A stretch of 63,225 bases of DNA, from assembly GCA_004431415.1 (NCBI GenBank), contig QPMI01000659.1, forward strand, positions 1 to 63,225, in the 5' to 3' direction. Each line of letters starts with the position of its first letter. Position 1 is the first letter of the stretch. Both the position numbers and the translations under genes were made by a program. Origin of the DNA: Cyanophora paradoxa CCMP329 (taxonomy: Eukaryota > Plantae > Glaucophyta). Below, one piece after another: positions 46,457 to 59,730 of this stretch. Under the pieces are notes generated by a model. It was not told where the DNA came from, ran no database searches, and saw nothing but the letters and a program-made list of their open reading frames with translations.

Positions 46457-47717
46457 TTAGGTGTTAGAGAAGGCGTTGGCGATGCCAGGGGCGTTCGCGC
46501 GCCGACTCCCGGCCCGGACGCGGAAAGTGGCCCACACAGCTGCGCAGAGGGCGCAGCGAGGCGAGCTCACCGAGAAGCCGTCCGTGTCGCTGCTATACGA
46601 TGGTCGGCGTGCTGACGTGCCGCACTGCTGCCGTCCTGCAGCTGGGCTTGAACGCGGTCAAAATTCGAATTTGCGATGCGATGGGGGGTACGTGCGCACG
46701 GGTTTCGCGCGATCAAATGTTGGCCTCTGCGGCGTGGTGCGGCAAATTCAACCGTCGCGACTGATGCGCATGCGGGCGCCGGCCGCGGCCGCGCGGCGGG
46801 CATTCGCATGTCATGATCATGACGCATGGGGCCGGCGCCCGGGGCCCGGCGGCACTGCATACCGTATACCGTAGTACGTAGTACGCGCGCCGGCGGGCCA
46901 TGCGCAGTACCATGGCCATAGCTAGCGCTATAGCTAGTCCTCCGGATCCGAGGCTCGATCGCGAGCTCGTGATCAGTCCTTCATCGATATCCGCGCTGAC
47001 TCCAGTGACGCCGCTGAGATGAGCCGGCGCCCGCGCGCGCCAGCGCGCGCTATAGCTAGCCCGGCGCGTGGCCATATGCATATGGTGGGCGAGCGCCTCG
47101 AGCTTGATGAATTGTTCACGGTTGAATGATTGAATGATTACATGCATATGTTACAATCCGATGTCACGGGGCACACCCTATTCTACGACACGGTCTTTGC
47201 AAAGCGGAAAACCGTTGAGCCAGATGCACGATCGATATCAGAGGGGAAGTCTCGGGCCTGCAGCACGCTATTCGCAAGACCCAAAACTGCACAAGTATCA
47301 CGCATGAATGACTAGTCCTGTTGCGGCAAATGAGGGCGCTGCAGGCGCTGCCGAAGCTAAGAGGGGGGAACCTCACGAAAAGAAAACCGGGCACTCCCCT
47401 AAAAGCATAGAGATCTACTTGCGATACCAGTTACACTGTGAGGAAAGAGAGTACACACTCGGGGGGGGCCTCGTCGCTCAAAGCCTTGAAGCCCGGTGAT
47501 TTGCAGGGAAAAGCTATCGTGGTACAATATGGAAAATCGAAAAGCCGGGAGACACGTACTGGTCAGCGCGGTATGCGTATGAGGGAATGCAGGTGCGATG
47601 CTACGTAACGATATATCGATGCGGCTCGATAAGGCCGCGATGCAGGCAGGGAGGGGCGCCGCGGTGAGGGCGCGGGTCCGGCCCGGCGGCCGGGGGGAGC
47701 TCGCGGGGGGCGGCCCC

Positions 47718-50700
47718 TCAGATCATGTAGACGTCCTTGTCGTCGTCGAAGCGCGGGGTGTCGAAGCTGTTGCGGCTGGACTGGGAGGGGGTGATGAGGG
47801 GGCTCAGCTTGGCCGTCGCCGGGCTCGTCGTCAGGAACATCGTCTGCTCCACGAGGCTCACCCGCCGCGCCGGCGTCGCGCTCAGCAGGTCGAACCCCGG
47901 GCGCCGGCTCTGGCCGGCGCCGGCGCTCCCGGGGGCGCCGGGGGGCGGGCCGGCGAGGCTGGCGCGGCGGGCATGGGGGAGGCCTTGATGGCGGTGGGCG
48001 AGCCGACGCTGCTGCCGAGGCTGCGGCTCGAGCCCGACGGCGAGGGGACCCCAGCAGCGACGCCGGCGCCCGCTTGGGCAGCGCGAAGCCCGACGGCAGG
48101 CCCGGCGGCGGCCCGGCAGGCTCAGCCTGCGCGACGAGACCGGCCGCCGGGGCTTGTCCAGGTCCGCCTGGCACTGCTTCCGCAGCCTCTCCGCCAGGTC
48201 TGCGCCGCCGCGGGGCGGGGGCGCCCCGCGTCAGCACCGGCGGGGGCCGGGGCCGGGGCCGGGGCCGGGGCGGGACGGCACCGCGGACGTGGGGCTCGTT
48301 GGGGCCCTCCTCGAGCTTGCGGGCGAGGGCGAGGAGGCCGTGGCGCTCGGCGAAGCCCCGGCGGTCCCGCGACGAGGCGTGGATCTCCACGAGGATCTCG
48401 AGGAGGCGGACCTTGGTGCGCGCGTCCGCCGCCGGGCTCTGCAGCCGCTCCAGCAGCACCCCCACGTGCTCGTTCTCCGCCTGCACCTCCTCCAGCGTCT
48501 GCCGCGGCACCGGCCCGCTCCCGCTGAACACCGAGCTCGCGTCCTCCCCGTTCTCTGCTCCCCGCCCCGCCCCGTCAGGCCGCCGCGGGGAGCAGAGCGG
48601 GGGGGGCTCCGGGGGCGGCACCGCCGAAGACGCCGCGGAGGGTGGCGACGCTGACGGAGGCCGAGGGGAGCCAGCGGCGGAGCGTGGCCGAGGCCTCCGG
48701 GCGCAGGGAGGGCGGCACCCGCACCGAGACGGAGACGCGCGCCGCCGGCGAGCAGAAGCGGAGCGGGGCGAGCTCGCCGTACACGTCGAGCCTGCCGGGG
48801 CGTCAGGCGGGCGGGGCGGGGCGCGGGGGCGGGGGCGGGGCGGGGCGGACTCGGCGCGGGTGAGGGCGGAGGACTTGAGGCGGAGGATGCGGAGCTGGGG
48901 GCCCCCCAGCGCCAGCGCCCGCGCCTCCTCCAGCGTCAGCGGCGCCCCGCCCATCGCCGGCGCCCCCGCGAACGACTCCCAGCGCCGGAGCGCGCGGCGG
49001 CCGGCGCGGATGAGGGCGGCGGCGGCGGAGCCGTCGAACTGCGGGCTGCGGGAGATGGCGAAGGAGTAGAGGCGGATGTCGAGGGTGTCGAGGTGCTCGC
49101 TGGTGGCGGCCGCCGAGGCGAGGGCGAGGAGGGCGGCGTTGTTGACGCCGGGGTCCATGTCGGAGAGCCAGAGGGAGACCTTGAGGTGTCTCAGGTTCTT
49201 GAGCTCCCCCAGGGCCTTCATGTGCCCGTACGAGGTCGCGTCGACGCGGACGTGGAGCGACTCGAGCTGCGGCATCGCCTGCAGCGCCTGCAGCTCCGCC
49301 GCCAGCTCCGAGCCCTGCGACCGGAAGCCCAGCCGCTTCAGGCTCGACCCCGCCGCCCCCTTGGCCACCGCCTGCAGGCCCCACGCCAGCCCCGACGGCG
49401 CCCCCAGGTCGCAGCTGCCGAGGCCGGCGTCAGGGGGGGGCGCGCGGGACGGGGGAGGGGCGGGCGGCTGGCGGGGCGGACCGCTCGAGGCTGGCGAGCG
49501 GGGCGAGGGCGGAGACGGAGGCGGTGTCGGCGAGGGGGGCGACGAGGGTCTTGAGGCGGGGCAGGGCGGTGACGAGGAGGGCGGCCTCGGCGCCGGAGAG
49601 GGCGAAGCTGCAGCTCCCGACGATGCGGAGGGAGGCGAGGCCGGAGAAGCGGCCGAGGGTGATGAGGAGCGAGGAGGGGTCGCGCAGCGGCGCGGAGACG
49701 ACGATGTCGAGCGAGGCGAGCTGCGTCATCACCGGCTCCAGCGCCGCCAGCAGCGCCATCAGGATCGTGTCCGCCGCCGGCTGGCTCGGCGACGGGCCCA
49801 GCGCCGCGTCCTCCGCCGCCGACCGGATGTCGATCTGCGCGCCCCGCCGCCTCGGGCGGGGCCGGCGGGCGGGCGGCGGCTGGCGGGGCCGGACCTGGAC
49901 GTTCTGGAGGGCCGAGGGGGGGCGGGCGAGGGCGGCGAGGAGGGCGATCTGCGCCGCCGCCGAGGGGCTCTCCGCCCACGACTTGGTCTGCTCGTGCGTC
50001 GGGTCTGCGCACCCGCGCCCCGGCGGCGTCAGGCCGGCCGGCCGGCGGAAGCTGCGCGGGCGGGCGGGCAGGGGCACCGAGGGCGTCGGCGACGACGAAG
50101 ACGTTGACGGAGGTGACGGCCCCGACCTGCACCACCTGCGCCGCCCCGCCCGTCGGCCCCGCCCCGCGAGGAGCGCGGTCGGGCGCGTGGAGCGGAGGCG
50201 CACCCCGCGCTGGATGCGGGTGGTCATGCGCTTGATGACGGCCGGCTCGGAGCTGAAGTTGTGCAAATCGATCTCGTTCCAGACCATCCCCGCGAGCACG
50301 CGGCGGAATCGGCGGTCCACCGCCCACAGCCGGCACCGCTCCCACGACTGCGGCGCCGCGTTACCGGCCACCCGGGCCCCGGGGCCGCGATCGAATCAGG
50401 CGGCGAACCTCGGTGGCGCCGAGATACGAGAAAACGCGCTGGACGAGGGCGTCGGACAGCTGCTCGAAGGGGTTCCCGTCGTTCGTAATCGTCCACGCAG
50501 GCGCCGACCCGTTCCAGCGCTTCGCGCTCCGAGAGACGGCCTTCGAGTCCAGGGCCTCTCCGTCCGCGCCGAACTTGACATAATCTGATCGAGGGACCCC
50601 AATTGGTTAGAGAAGAAGATACATACACGCGCCAAGGCTCGTAGCGCCGTGTGGAAGTGCGGGATACGGCACGACCACTCGGGCGGCTGCGCAACCACTC

Positions 50701-50911
50701 GGAGCACAGCGGGGCCGGCTCACCGTCAGCCCCGACGCCGTCCTCGTGCTTGAAGGTTCCTGAAAACCGACAGTGAGACGTGAGAAAGAGCGCCCAGCAG
50801 CCCTCCTGCGACGGATCGGACGGGCGACGGACCCTTGACCTCCGCCGGATTCTCCTCGCTGCCGAAGCAGCGGAAGAGACGGCTACAGCAGGCAAAGCCG
50901 CCGCACTTCAT
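47718..50911 (-). CDS. F-box/LRR protein with extra helical C-terminal domain
   Basis: NPFEQLSDALVQRVFSYLG..LWAVDRRFRRVLAGMVW F-box; LRRs FSGLASLRI, LPRLKTL, MPQLESLHV, LKNLRHLKV; tail LLERLQSP..KVRLLEILVEIH. Start taken as MKCGGFACC (uncertain). Confidence 0.75.
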
Positions 50912-51634
50912 TGCGCCGCTGTGGGCGCAGCCGGGCTCGCGAAGCCCCGAAGTTGGACTTCTACCGACCTGCCGGAGTCTTCGATTCCGACCGTCCGAGT
51001 CGGCGAAGAAGCGCGCTGGGGCGACACGAGGGATGCTCCGGATGTCTCCACTGGGCCAAGACTCGGCCAAGCACCGTCGGCCTATCTCGCAGGTTCGTGT
51101 TAGCTGAAGGCACTGGTCGACGGTGGTCGTACACAACTACTCCTGCAGGCTGCTCACAGGGGCTACCGAAAATAACCCCGGGGACGCGCGTCCCAAATCT
51201 TTCTAAGAGATTTGCGATCGGTAACGACGGTAAGGATCATCCGCGAGAGTCGCCGATGAGTCGGCGATGACGGGCGGTTTTTAACTGCCGTCTTTTTCTC
51301 AAGATGAAATTCGTAAGTTACTTGATAAAATCAGAATTTATATTTATATATATTGTCAAATAAGCTCTGAGTTGGTTTTAATCAGAGGGCTTGGCGCGAA
51401 CACACTTAACTTCCGGAGGTTGACTTGCAGGCTAAGTTGCAACCACTTAACTGCCTCGTTCATCCCCCAGCCATTGTGCCACGTACCCGTGCAAGCGTTA
51501 AACGATCGTATACCCGCCCGTTACGTCGTGAGCGCCGCCCTTCGTCGATGCCAGCGCCGTTTTTCAGCACTGGCTGAACCAGTCTGGTCGATCTAGCGTA
51601 GCCCGAGGGCGGCGGCCCCCTCTAGCCCGTGGAG

Positions 51635-53356
51635 ATGGAGCAGCTGCCAGACGGGCTTCTGTCGCGCGTGGTGGAGCTGCTCGGCCCGCAGGACGCCTGG
51701 CGCGCTCGCGGCGTCTGCAGGGTTCGCCCCTGCCCGCCGCACAAGCTACGATTGGGCCGTTAAAGCGGTCGGTGCAGCGCTGGAGGGCGGCTGTGGACGG
51801 GGTCGAGTGGCGCGCCCTCCCGCTCGCCTTCGAGCGGGCGACGCAGGTGGAGGCGCTCGCCGGCCTCGTCCGGCGCCGCCGGCTGCTGCTCGCGCCCGGC
51901 GCGGCGCTGCAGCTCACGTACACGCTCGAGGGCTGCGGCTCCGGCGGGGCGGAGGAGCCGCTGGCGGCCGACCTGTGGGTGTCCTCCGGGGCGCTGAGCC
52001 GGGCGGGGGTGGGCCTGCTGGCGGCCTGCTGGACGGCGACGGCGGGGGGCCTCGGGGAGGTGGCCGTGGAGGGCGTGCGCAACGCGCGCCCGAGCTCGAG
52101 CACCTGCAACGAGCACCGCATGCACGTCCTCTGCGCCCTCGCCGCCCTCCAGCCCCCCGCCGGCCCCGGCCCCGCCCGCGCCCCCGCCCCTGCGCCGCAT
52201 CGCCATCTGCGGGGCGGCGGAGAGCGCGCCGGTGGGCCCGGTGTGCACGTGGCGGCCGACGGTGGAGGACGCGCTGACGCTGCGGGCGCTGCTGGCGGCG
52301 TTCGCGGGGCTGGAGCGGCTGGAGCTGGGCGGGCCGGGCCTGTGCGTGCTGGACGCGGTGGCGGCGGCGGCGCTGGCGGAGGCGGCCCCGCGCCTGCGCC
52401 GCCTCGAGGCCTCCTTCGCCGAGGACGTCGCCCTCGGCGCCCTCGCCCCCTCGCCTCCTCCAGGAGCTGCTGCTGAGCGGCCACGAGGAGGGCCTCTACG
52501 GCGTCGGCCTCGCCCTCCTCGCCGAGGGGCCGCCGGCCGCGCCCTCCGCCGCCTCCGCCTCGCGTGCCCGCCCCGCCCCAGCCCGCCCCCGCCGCGCGGC
52601 CCGGGCCCGAGCGGGGGCGGCAGGGGCCACGGGCGGGACGCGTTCTTCTCGCCGCCCGGGGTGCGGGCGCTGAGCCGCATGGCGCAGCTCGAGCGCGTCG
52701 ACGAGGGCACCTGCATCGACGCGCGCCCGCCCCGCCCCGCCCCGCCCCGCCCCCTCGCGCCGACTCGCCGCGCAGTTCATCGAGGAGTGCTCGGAGGGGG
52801 ACGTGCTGCAGCTGGCGGCGCTGCCGCTGCTGCGCTGCGCGGACCTGAGCGTGCGGCGGGCCTCGACGCTGCGGGGCCTCGCGGCCGCCCTGCCCCGCCT
52901 CCCCGCCCTCGACTCCCTCGGGCTCTACCTCGGCGCGCCCCGAGCGCCCCCGCCCGCCGCCCGCCGCTGAGCCCGGGGCGGCAGACCTCGACGGCATCCC
53001 CGGCTCCGACCTCGGGGCGGTCCTCGAGCTGCTGGCGGCGGCGGCGCGGCCGCTGCGGCGGCTGCTGCTGCAGTCGGCGCGGCCGCTGCGGGCGGACGTC
53101 GCGCGGGCCATCGCCGCCTGCCCGCGCCTCGCCGCCCTCTCCATCGAGTGCTCCATCGACAGGCGCCCCCGCCGCCCGCCCTCCCGCCCTCCTCGCGCGC
53201 TGACGCGGCTCGGGCAGCGCGCTGGACATCGCGGCGTACGACGAGCTGGCGGGGGTCGCGGCGCCGGCCTTCACGATCGTCGCCGAGCAGCGGCTCGCGC
53301 GCTACGCCGCCCCCGTCCTCCAGGGCCGCCTCCCCCGCGCCACCGTCCTCCCCTAG
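51635..53356 (+). CDS. F-box/LRR protein
   Basis: MEQLPDGLLSRVVELLGPQDAWRARGVCR|RWRAAVDGVEW F-box; LRRs FAGLERLELG, APRLRRLEAS, LPRLPALDSL, CPRLAALSI. Confidence 0.85.
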
Positions 53357-53524
53357 CCCCCCCGCCCCCCGCCCGCCGCCGCCGCCGCCCCCGCCGCCGC
53401 TTCCGAACGCTGACGCGCGCCATGCTATGCGTACTCTTATTGCTAGTTATGTGACCCCTAAACTGGTTTATTCATTATTCTACAGAAAATATGACCTGCG
53501 ACTATCATACGGCAAACGGCCGCC

Positions 53525-55313
53525 CTACGAGGCGGCGACGGGCTGCGGGGAGGGGGCGAGGGGGCCCCCCGGGGCCCATGCCCAGCGGCGCTCGGCGGGG
53601 GCGGGGCCCTCGGGAGGGGCGGCCTCCGGGGCGGGCACGGGCGACGGGGCGTGGAAGGCAGCGGCGGCCTCTGCGGCGCGGCGGCAGAGGGCCTGCGCCT
53701 GGGCCTTGCCCCGCGCGAGGCGCAGCACCGGCTCGACCCCCCGGCGCCGCCTGCGCGCGCCCCGGCCGCCTCAGAGGGGCGGGAGGGGGCTCGGGGAGGG
53801 GGAGTGCGGGGCGGGGGGGCGGGCCCGTCGGCGTGGAGGACGGTGTGGGAGAACTCGGCCTCGAGGAGCTCGGGGGGGTACAGCGCTGCCACGACGGGGG
53901 CGAGGAGCGGGTGGGCGAGGATCTGGTTCGCGGTGGGGCGCGCCAGCGGGTTTAGGGCCAGCATGCAGTCCACCAGGTCCCGCAGCTCCCGCGAGTACTG
54001 CCCGCGCCCCCGCCCTCGCTCTTTCTCTCCCGAGGAGGCGGGCGCGGGGCGCGCGGGGGCCGCGCACGCAGGAGGGGATGTGCTTCTGGCGCCCCTCGAC
54101 GATCCTGTCGCGGTAGGCGAGCCACTTCTGCCGGCGGCGGGCGGCGCCCTCGTCGCCCTTGAGCTCGCGGATCTCCTTCACCTCCTTCGCCCACGGCAGC
54201 TTCAGCCGGCACACCTCGTACATCATCACCCCCAGCGCCCTGCCCCCCCGCCCCCTCGCCCCCGCCCCGTGCGCCGGGGGGGAGAGGGCGGCGGGGGGTA
54301 CGGGCGGACCAGATGTCGCACTTGGCGTCGTAGGTGGCCCCGCGGAGCATCTCGGGGGGGAAGTAGCCGGCTGTCCCCACCGCCGTCTTCGCGTGCGCCT
54401 GCGTGCCGGGCCGGCTCGGGGGGGTGGGGGCAGGGCGCGGGGGCACGGGGGGGGCGGACGGCGGTGGAGGAGAGGGAGGTGGAGCAGCCGAGGTCGCCGA
54501 GCTTCACCGCCCGCAGCTCGGCGTCCTACCCCGCCCCGCCCCGCGTGAGAGGCGCCCGAGGCGGCCGGGCGGCCGCGGCCGCCGACCTTGAAGAAGACGT
54601 TCTCGGGCTTGATGTCCCTGCGGGGGCCCCGCACGCGGTTAGGGGCGCCCCGCCCGGCCGCCCGCTCGCGGGGGACCGCCGGGGGCACCGGTGGAGGATC
54701 TTGCGGTCTGCGGGGCGTAAAGTCAAGGCCTAGGGGGCGGGGGGGCGGGCTGGGGCGGATAGCGCGCCGTGGAGGTGCTTGAGGCCGGAGACGATCTGGG
54801 CGAGCCAGTTGAGGACGGTCGCCTCGGGGAAGTAGTTCTTCTGGAGCACCCGGTCCATGAACTGCGCCCCGCCCCCCGTCGCCCCGGTGCGCCGCGGAGG
54901 CGCGGGGGGCGCCGGCATTGGGGCGCTCGCGCGCGCGCGCCTTCCTGGACTGGAGGCGCTGGAAGATCTGCTTGGAGAGGTCGCCGCCGCGGCAGAGCTC
55001 CATGACGAGCAGGATCTCCCCGTCCGGCATGCACGTGAAGTTGTGCACCTGCACCTGCCCGCCGCCCGCGTCGGCGCCCCCCGCGGAGCGCCGCCCTCGC
55101 GCTGGCGCGGCCAGGCACCAGGTTGGGGTGGTGCGCGATCCGCAGGTGCTCGTACTCCTTGACGGCGGCCTGGGCGTCCCACTCGCTCTGGGGGCTCAGC
55201 CGCTTCACGGCGTAGTGCGCGCCGGTCACCCGGTGCCGCGCCAGCATGACGCAGCCGAAGCCCCCGCGCCCCAGCACGCGCTCGGCGACGAGCTCGAGCG
55301 GATTGACTGCCAT
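53525..55313 (-). CDS. NIMA-related (NEK) Ser/Thr kinase
   Basis: LGRGGFG, YAVK, LVMELCRGGDL, FPEATVLNWLAQIVSGLKHLH..ILH|RDIKPENVF, VKLGDLG, AKTAVGTAGYFPPE, KCDIWS, RPTANQILAHP. Confidence 0.92.
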
Positions 55314-56050
55314 TGCCGGCGCGCTGCTACGTCGTCTCTCCTCTGCTGCTGCTCCTGCTCCTCTTGGCTCGGGCGGTTTGCGCTCTGGTTCGTACACACG
55401 GCTGCTGCTCTAGGTGCGGTATTCGGCGTCGTTCGCTGCGGGTAGGCCTCGATTGCGCAGCTGTGCCACCGCTCCACTCCATCTTCCGCGCAGCTGGACG
55501 CGAACCGCTGCCTTGCGCAGGACGCGAACCGCAGGACGCGAACCGCTTTTTTTTGCCCGGGTCGGCCACTCTACCCCTGGCGGCAGACGCTGCTCCTGCT
55601 CTGACGCTCTGGCGTCCTGATCGACGCTGCAACCTGTGCCAGGCAGCGCCCTCTTTGCCAGGAAGCGCAATCTACGGGCTCCCTCTCGAGCAGCGGCGCA
55701 TGCCGGCCGGCGCCTCGGCCGCTGCGCTTGCGCGGGCGCAGCTGCCGCCAGATGACTTCGAAACGCTCAGAGCGATCTCGCAGCAGTACACTGCCGGTCA
55801 GGTTAGTCAGCGCGGCAGTGTCGACAAGTGCCGCTAAGCTCTACAGCTAGCCGCGCGCGCGCGCGGCCGGCCGCGGCCGGACAGGCCGGCGATAGATCTA
55901 GATCTAAAGCTTGAAGCTGCCAGACCTTGCTGCGATGCTTTGGAGGATGCGCCTGAGGCGGGCGCCGCGCAAGCCGCCACGCACATGCGCACGTGCAAGT
56001 GCACCGTACCGCGCGCTGCCGCGGACTGACCGCCGCGGCGCGGGGGGCAG

Positions 56051-56764
56051 ATGGAGGCGTGCGAGTACGTGAGCGTGGCGTCGGCGCTGGCGCCGGTGCC
56101 GCTGCTGCGCTCCCTCGCGGCGGCGATGCCGGGGGCCGGGCCCCGCCGCGCCGAGCTCCTCGCCCTCCTAACCGCACTCGACCCCGGCCCGCCCGCCCGC
56201 CCCCCCTCTCCGCCCCCTCGACCCTCCTCTTTCGCCCCGGCCGCCCCGGCGCCGGCTCCCCGCCCCTCGCCCTCGCCCGCCGACATCCCGCACGCGTCCC
56301 CGTCCCCGTCTCCGGCCCCCGTCCCGCGCGCCTCGGCAGCCCCTGCTGCCCCGTCTCCGCCGCCGCGCACGGCTCCCAGCCCGGCTCTCCGTCCTCCCCG
56401 CAAGCCAAGAGCCGCCATCCCGCACCGGCGCGGGCGCCGTCCTCCAGCCCCTCCCCGCCGCCCCGCCTGCCGGGCCCAGCGGGCCGACGGCAGCGGCAGT
56501 GAAAGCGCGGGCTCCGACGCGGCCGAGGGCGAGGGCGCCCCGCCGCGGCCGGCGCGCCGGCGGCCCGCGGCGCCGCTCGCGCCGGGCGGCGCGGCGGGCC
56601 GCCCGCGCCAAGGAGAAGCGCCCCGCCATCGTCTGGTTCCGGCAGGCCCGCGCCTTCTCTCCGCCCCGCGCCTTCCTTCTCGCTAAGAGCCCACCGCAGG
56701 ACCTGAGGCTGGCGGACAACCCGGCCCTGCACGCCGCCGCCGCCTCCGGCGCCCCGTGCGCACC

Positions 56765-56795
<31 letters not shown>

Positions 56796-59730
56796 GCCCC
56801 GCCGCGCCCCGGGTCGAGCCGCCCCCCGCTCAGGTGATCCCCCTGTTCATCCTCCCGCCGGACTCGGAGGAGGGCGGCTGGCCCCTCGGCGGCGCCGCCA
56901 GGTTCCCCCCGCCCCCCGCCCGCCCGTCCGGTCTCGGCCCCATCCGAGCGGGGGCGGGGCCGGGGGCAGGTACTGGCTGGAGCAGTCGCTGGGGAGCCTG
57001 GAGGCGTCGCTGCGGGAGGAGTACGGGTCGCGGCTGGTGGTGCGGCGGGGCGCCTCGGAGGCCTGCCTCCTCGCGCTCGTCGAGGAGGCCGGCGCCGGCG
57101 CCGTCTTCTGCAACCGCCTCTACGAGCCCTGGAAGATCCGGCCCGCCCCTTGGGGCCCCTCCTCCGCAGGGCCGTCTGCTGAGGCGGGTCGGCTCGGGGC
57201 AGGCGGGACGAGGGGATCGCGGGGGCGCTGCGGGCGCGCGGGGTCGCCTTCTCGAGCCACGGCGGCTGCCTCCTCTACGAGCCCTGGCAGGCGAGCGCGC
57301 ACAGGCCCCCCGTCCCGGCCCGGGCCCCCCGCTGACCGCCCGCCAGGTCGACCCGGAGGCCAGCGACGCGGCGCGCATGGGGTACGGCTCCGTCGGCTTC
57401 TTCCTCGCCGTGCCCCCCCGCCCCGCCCCGCCTCGCTCTGCGTTACCCCCCACCCCTGAGCCGCGCGGCAGGCGGTGCGGGCGCACGAGCGGGCGCCAGC
57501 GGAGCCGCTGCCGAAGCCGGCGGCGCTGGCGCGCCCCGCCTCGTGGCCGGCCTCCGTCCCCATCGCGGAGCTCGGCCTCTACCGCATGCCTCTGCGCGTG
57601 CGCCCCGCCCCTCCCCGCCCCTCCCCTCGCCGGGCCGCCGAGCCCCGTGCGCGGCAGAGGGGCGGGGGTGGGGCGGCGGGGGAGCGGGTGGACTGGGCGG
57701 CGGGGATCCGGGAGCGCTGGGGCTTCGGGGAAGATGCGGCGCGGCGCGCCCTCGCCCGCTTCCTCCGCGAGGGCCTCCGCGCCTTCGAGGCCCGCCAGAG
57801 CCGCTTCCGCGCCGACGCCCGCAACACGGCCGGTGCGGGGGCCCGCCGCGCCCGCCGCCGGCTCCTCCCGGCGGCAGAGCTGAGCCGCCGCCGCCGTGCC
57901 GTGCCGCGCAGAGATCAGCCCGTACATGCGATTCGGAGAGCTTGGCCCCCGCACCGTCTACCACGAGGCCCGCCCCGGGCCCCACTCTCCCTGTGGCCCG
58001 CGCCCGAGCTGCCGCGCAGGCGCAAAAGGCGGCGGGTCCGCGCTTCCAGCCGCGCACCTTCCTGCGCCGCCTCGCCTGGCGCGACCTCGGTGCACCCCAA
58101 CCCGCCCGTCCCTCGCGCCGCCTCTCTGAGGGCGGGCGGGGGGCAGCGTACTGGGCGCTGTGGGCGTACCCGGAGCTGCCGGACCGGGCGCTGCGGCCGT
58201 GGTACGAGTCCCAGTGGTGGGCGGTGCCCAGCGGGGGGCCCGGGGCGGCTCTGCGGCTGGCAGAGGCCCCGGCGGCGCTGCGGGCTTGGCAGCGGGGCCA
58301 GACGGGGTACCCCCTGGTGGACGCCGGGATGCGGCAGCTCTGGCGCACCGGCTGGATGGTGCGCGCGCACGATCCCGCCGCCTCGCCTCCCCGCCGCCCC
58401 GCCCCCTCCCGCCGTCCGACTCTCTCCAAACGCAGCCGAACTACATGCGGCACGTGGTGGCGGGCTTCCTCGTCGAGTTCCTCAACGCCGACTGGCGCCA
58501 CGGCGAGCGCTGGTGCCGCCCCCGTCCCGCCCACTCGCCGGCTGCCGGCCTGCTCAGCGCGGGGCGTGGCGCGCGGGGCGGCAGGTTCCACGACACCCTC
58601 GTCGACGCCGACCTCGCCATCAGTGAGCGCCCGCCCCTCGCCGACCCGGGGGACCAACGGGGTACGTTCCTGTGCGCCAGACGCGTTCATGTGGCAGAAC
58701 GGCGGCCACTCGGGCTTCGACCAGGCGCGCGGCCCCCGGCCCTCCTCCCCTCTTGCCTCTTGCCTCCTGCTGACGGGCGGGGCAGTGGAACTTCGTGATG
58801 CACCCGGTGTTCGCGGCGAAGGCGTGCGACCCCGAGGGCCACTACGTCCGCCGGTCCGCCAGCCCGCCCCGCGGCCGCCCGGCGCCGGGCCGGCGTCGGG
58901 CGCTGAGGGCGTTGTGGGGGCCGGCAGGTGGTGCCCCGAGCTGGCGGGCCTCCCCGTCGAGTACATCCACTGCCCCGTCCGCCCGCCCCGCCCCGCCGGA
59001 TCCCGCCGCCCCTCCACCCCTCCAGCCCTAAGCCCCGCGCAGTGGGAGGCGCCCCTGACGCTCGCGGCGGCCGCCGGCGTGGTCCTCGGCCGCACATACC
59101 CCCGCCGCATCGTCGAGGACCTCGACGCAGCCCGCCAGCGGGGTACGCGCCGCCCTCCCCGGGGCCCCGCCCCCCCGCCCTGACGGGGGTACAGCGCACG
59201 AGGCGGTGCTGGCGGTCCGCCGGGGGCCCGGCCGGCCCCACGTGCTCCCCAGGCGCTCGCGTGTGCCCCCTCGCCCCGCCGGCCGGCCCTCACCGTCGGG
59301 CCTGCAGCGGGCACGAGCGGCTGGGGCTGGCGGGGGGCGGCTGGGCGGTGCTCATCACCCGCGTCGACTACCGCGAGGCGGCGGAGACGCCCGTCACCAG
59401 GCAGACCGTGCGCCCTGCGCCGGCCTCCGAGGCTCGCTGTATATTCGAATTCCTCTCTCTGACCTGAGCGCGGGCGGCAGGCGGAGAAGAAGTGGGACAA
59501 GAGCAAGCGGGACCTCACCGACACGCAGGCCCGCCCCGTCGTGCTGTGGGGCCCCCCGGCCTCACCGCCTGCAGCGCTAGCGCGCCATCGCCAGCGCGGC
59601 TCCTGACCCCCGTGCCACGGTGGCCTCGACTGCGCAGTCGCTGGCGATGCGGGGCTTCGTGCGGGCGTTCGCATCCGGCGCCACGGGGAGGGACGACGCT
59701 TTTGCGGCCGCGGGGGGCGACGACCTCTGA
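56051..59730 (+). CDS. Cryptochrome/photolyase family, plant-like cryptochrome (class III CPD-related) with N- and C-terminal extensions
   Basis: IVWFRQ|DLRLADNPAL, WPLGGAAR|YWL, NRLYEPW, ISPYMRFGELGPR, WQRGQTGYPLVDAGMRQLWRTGWM, FHDTLVDADLAI, MWQNGGHSGFDQ|WNFVMHPV, DPEGHYVRR. Confidence 0.93.
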
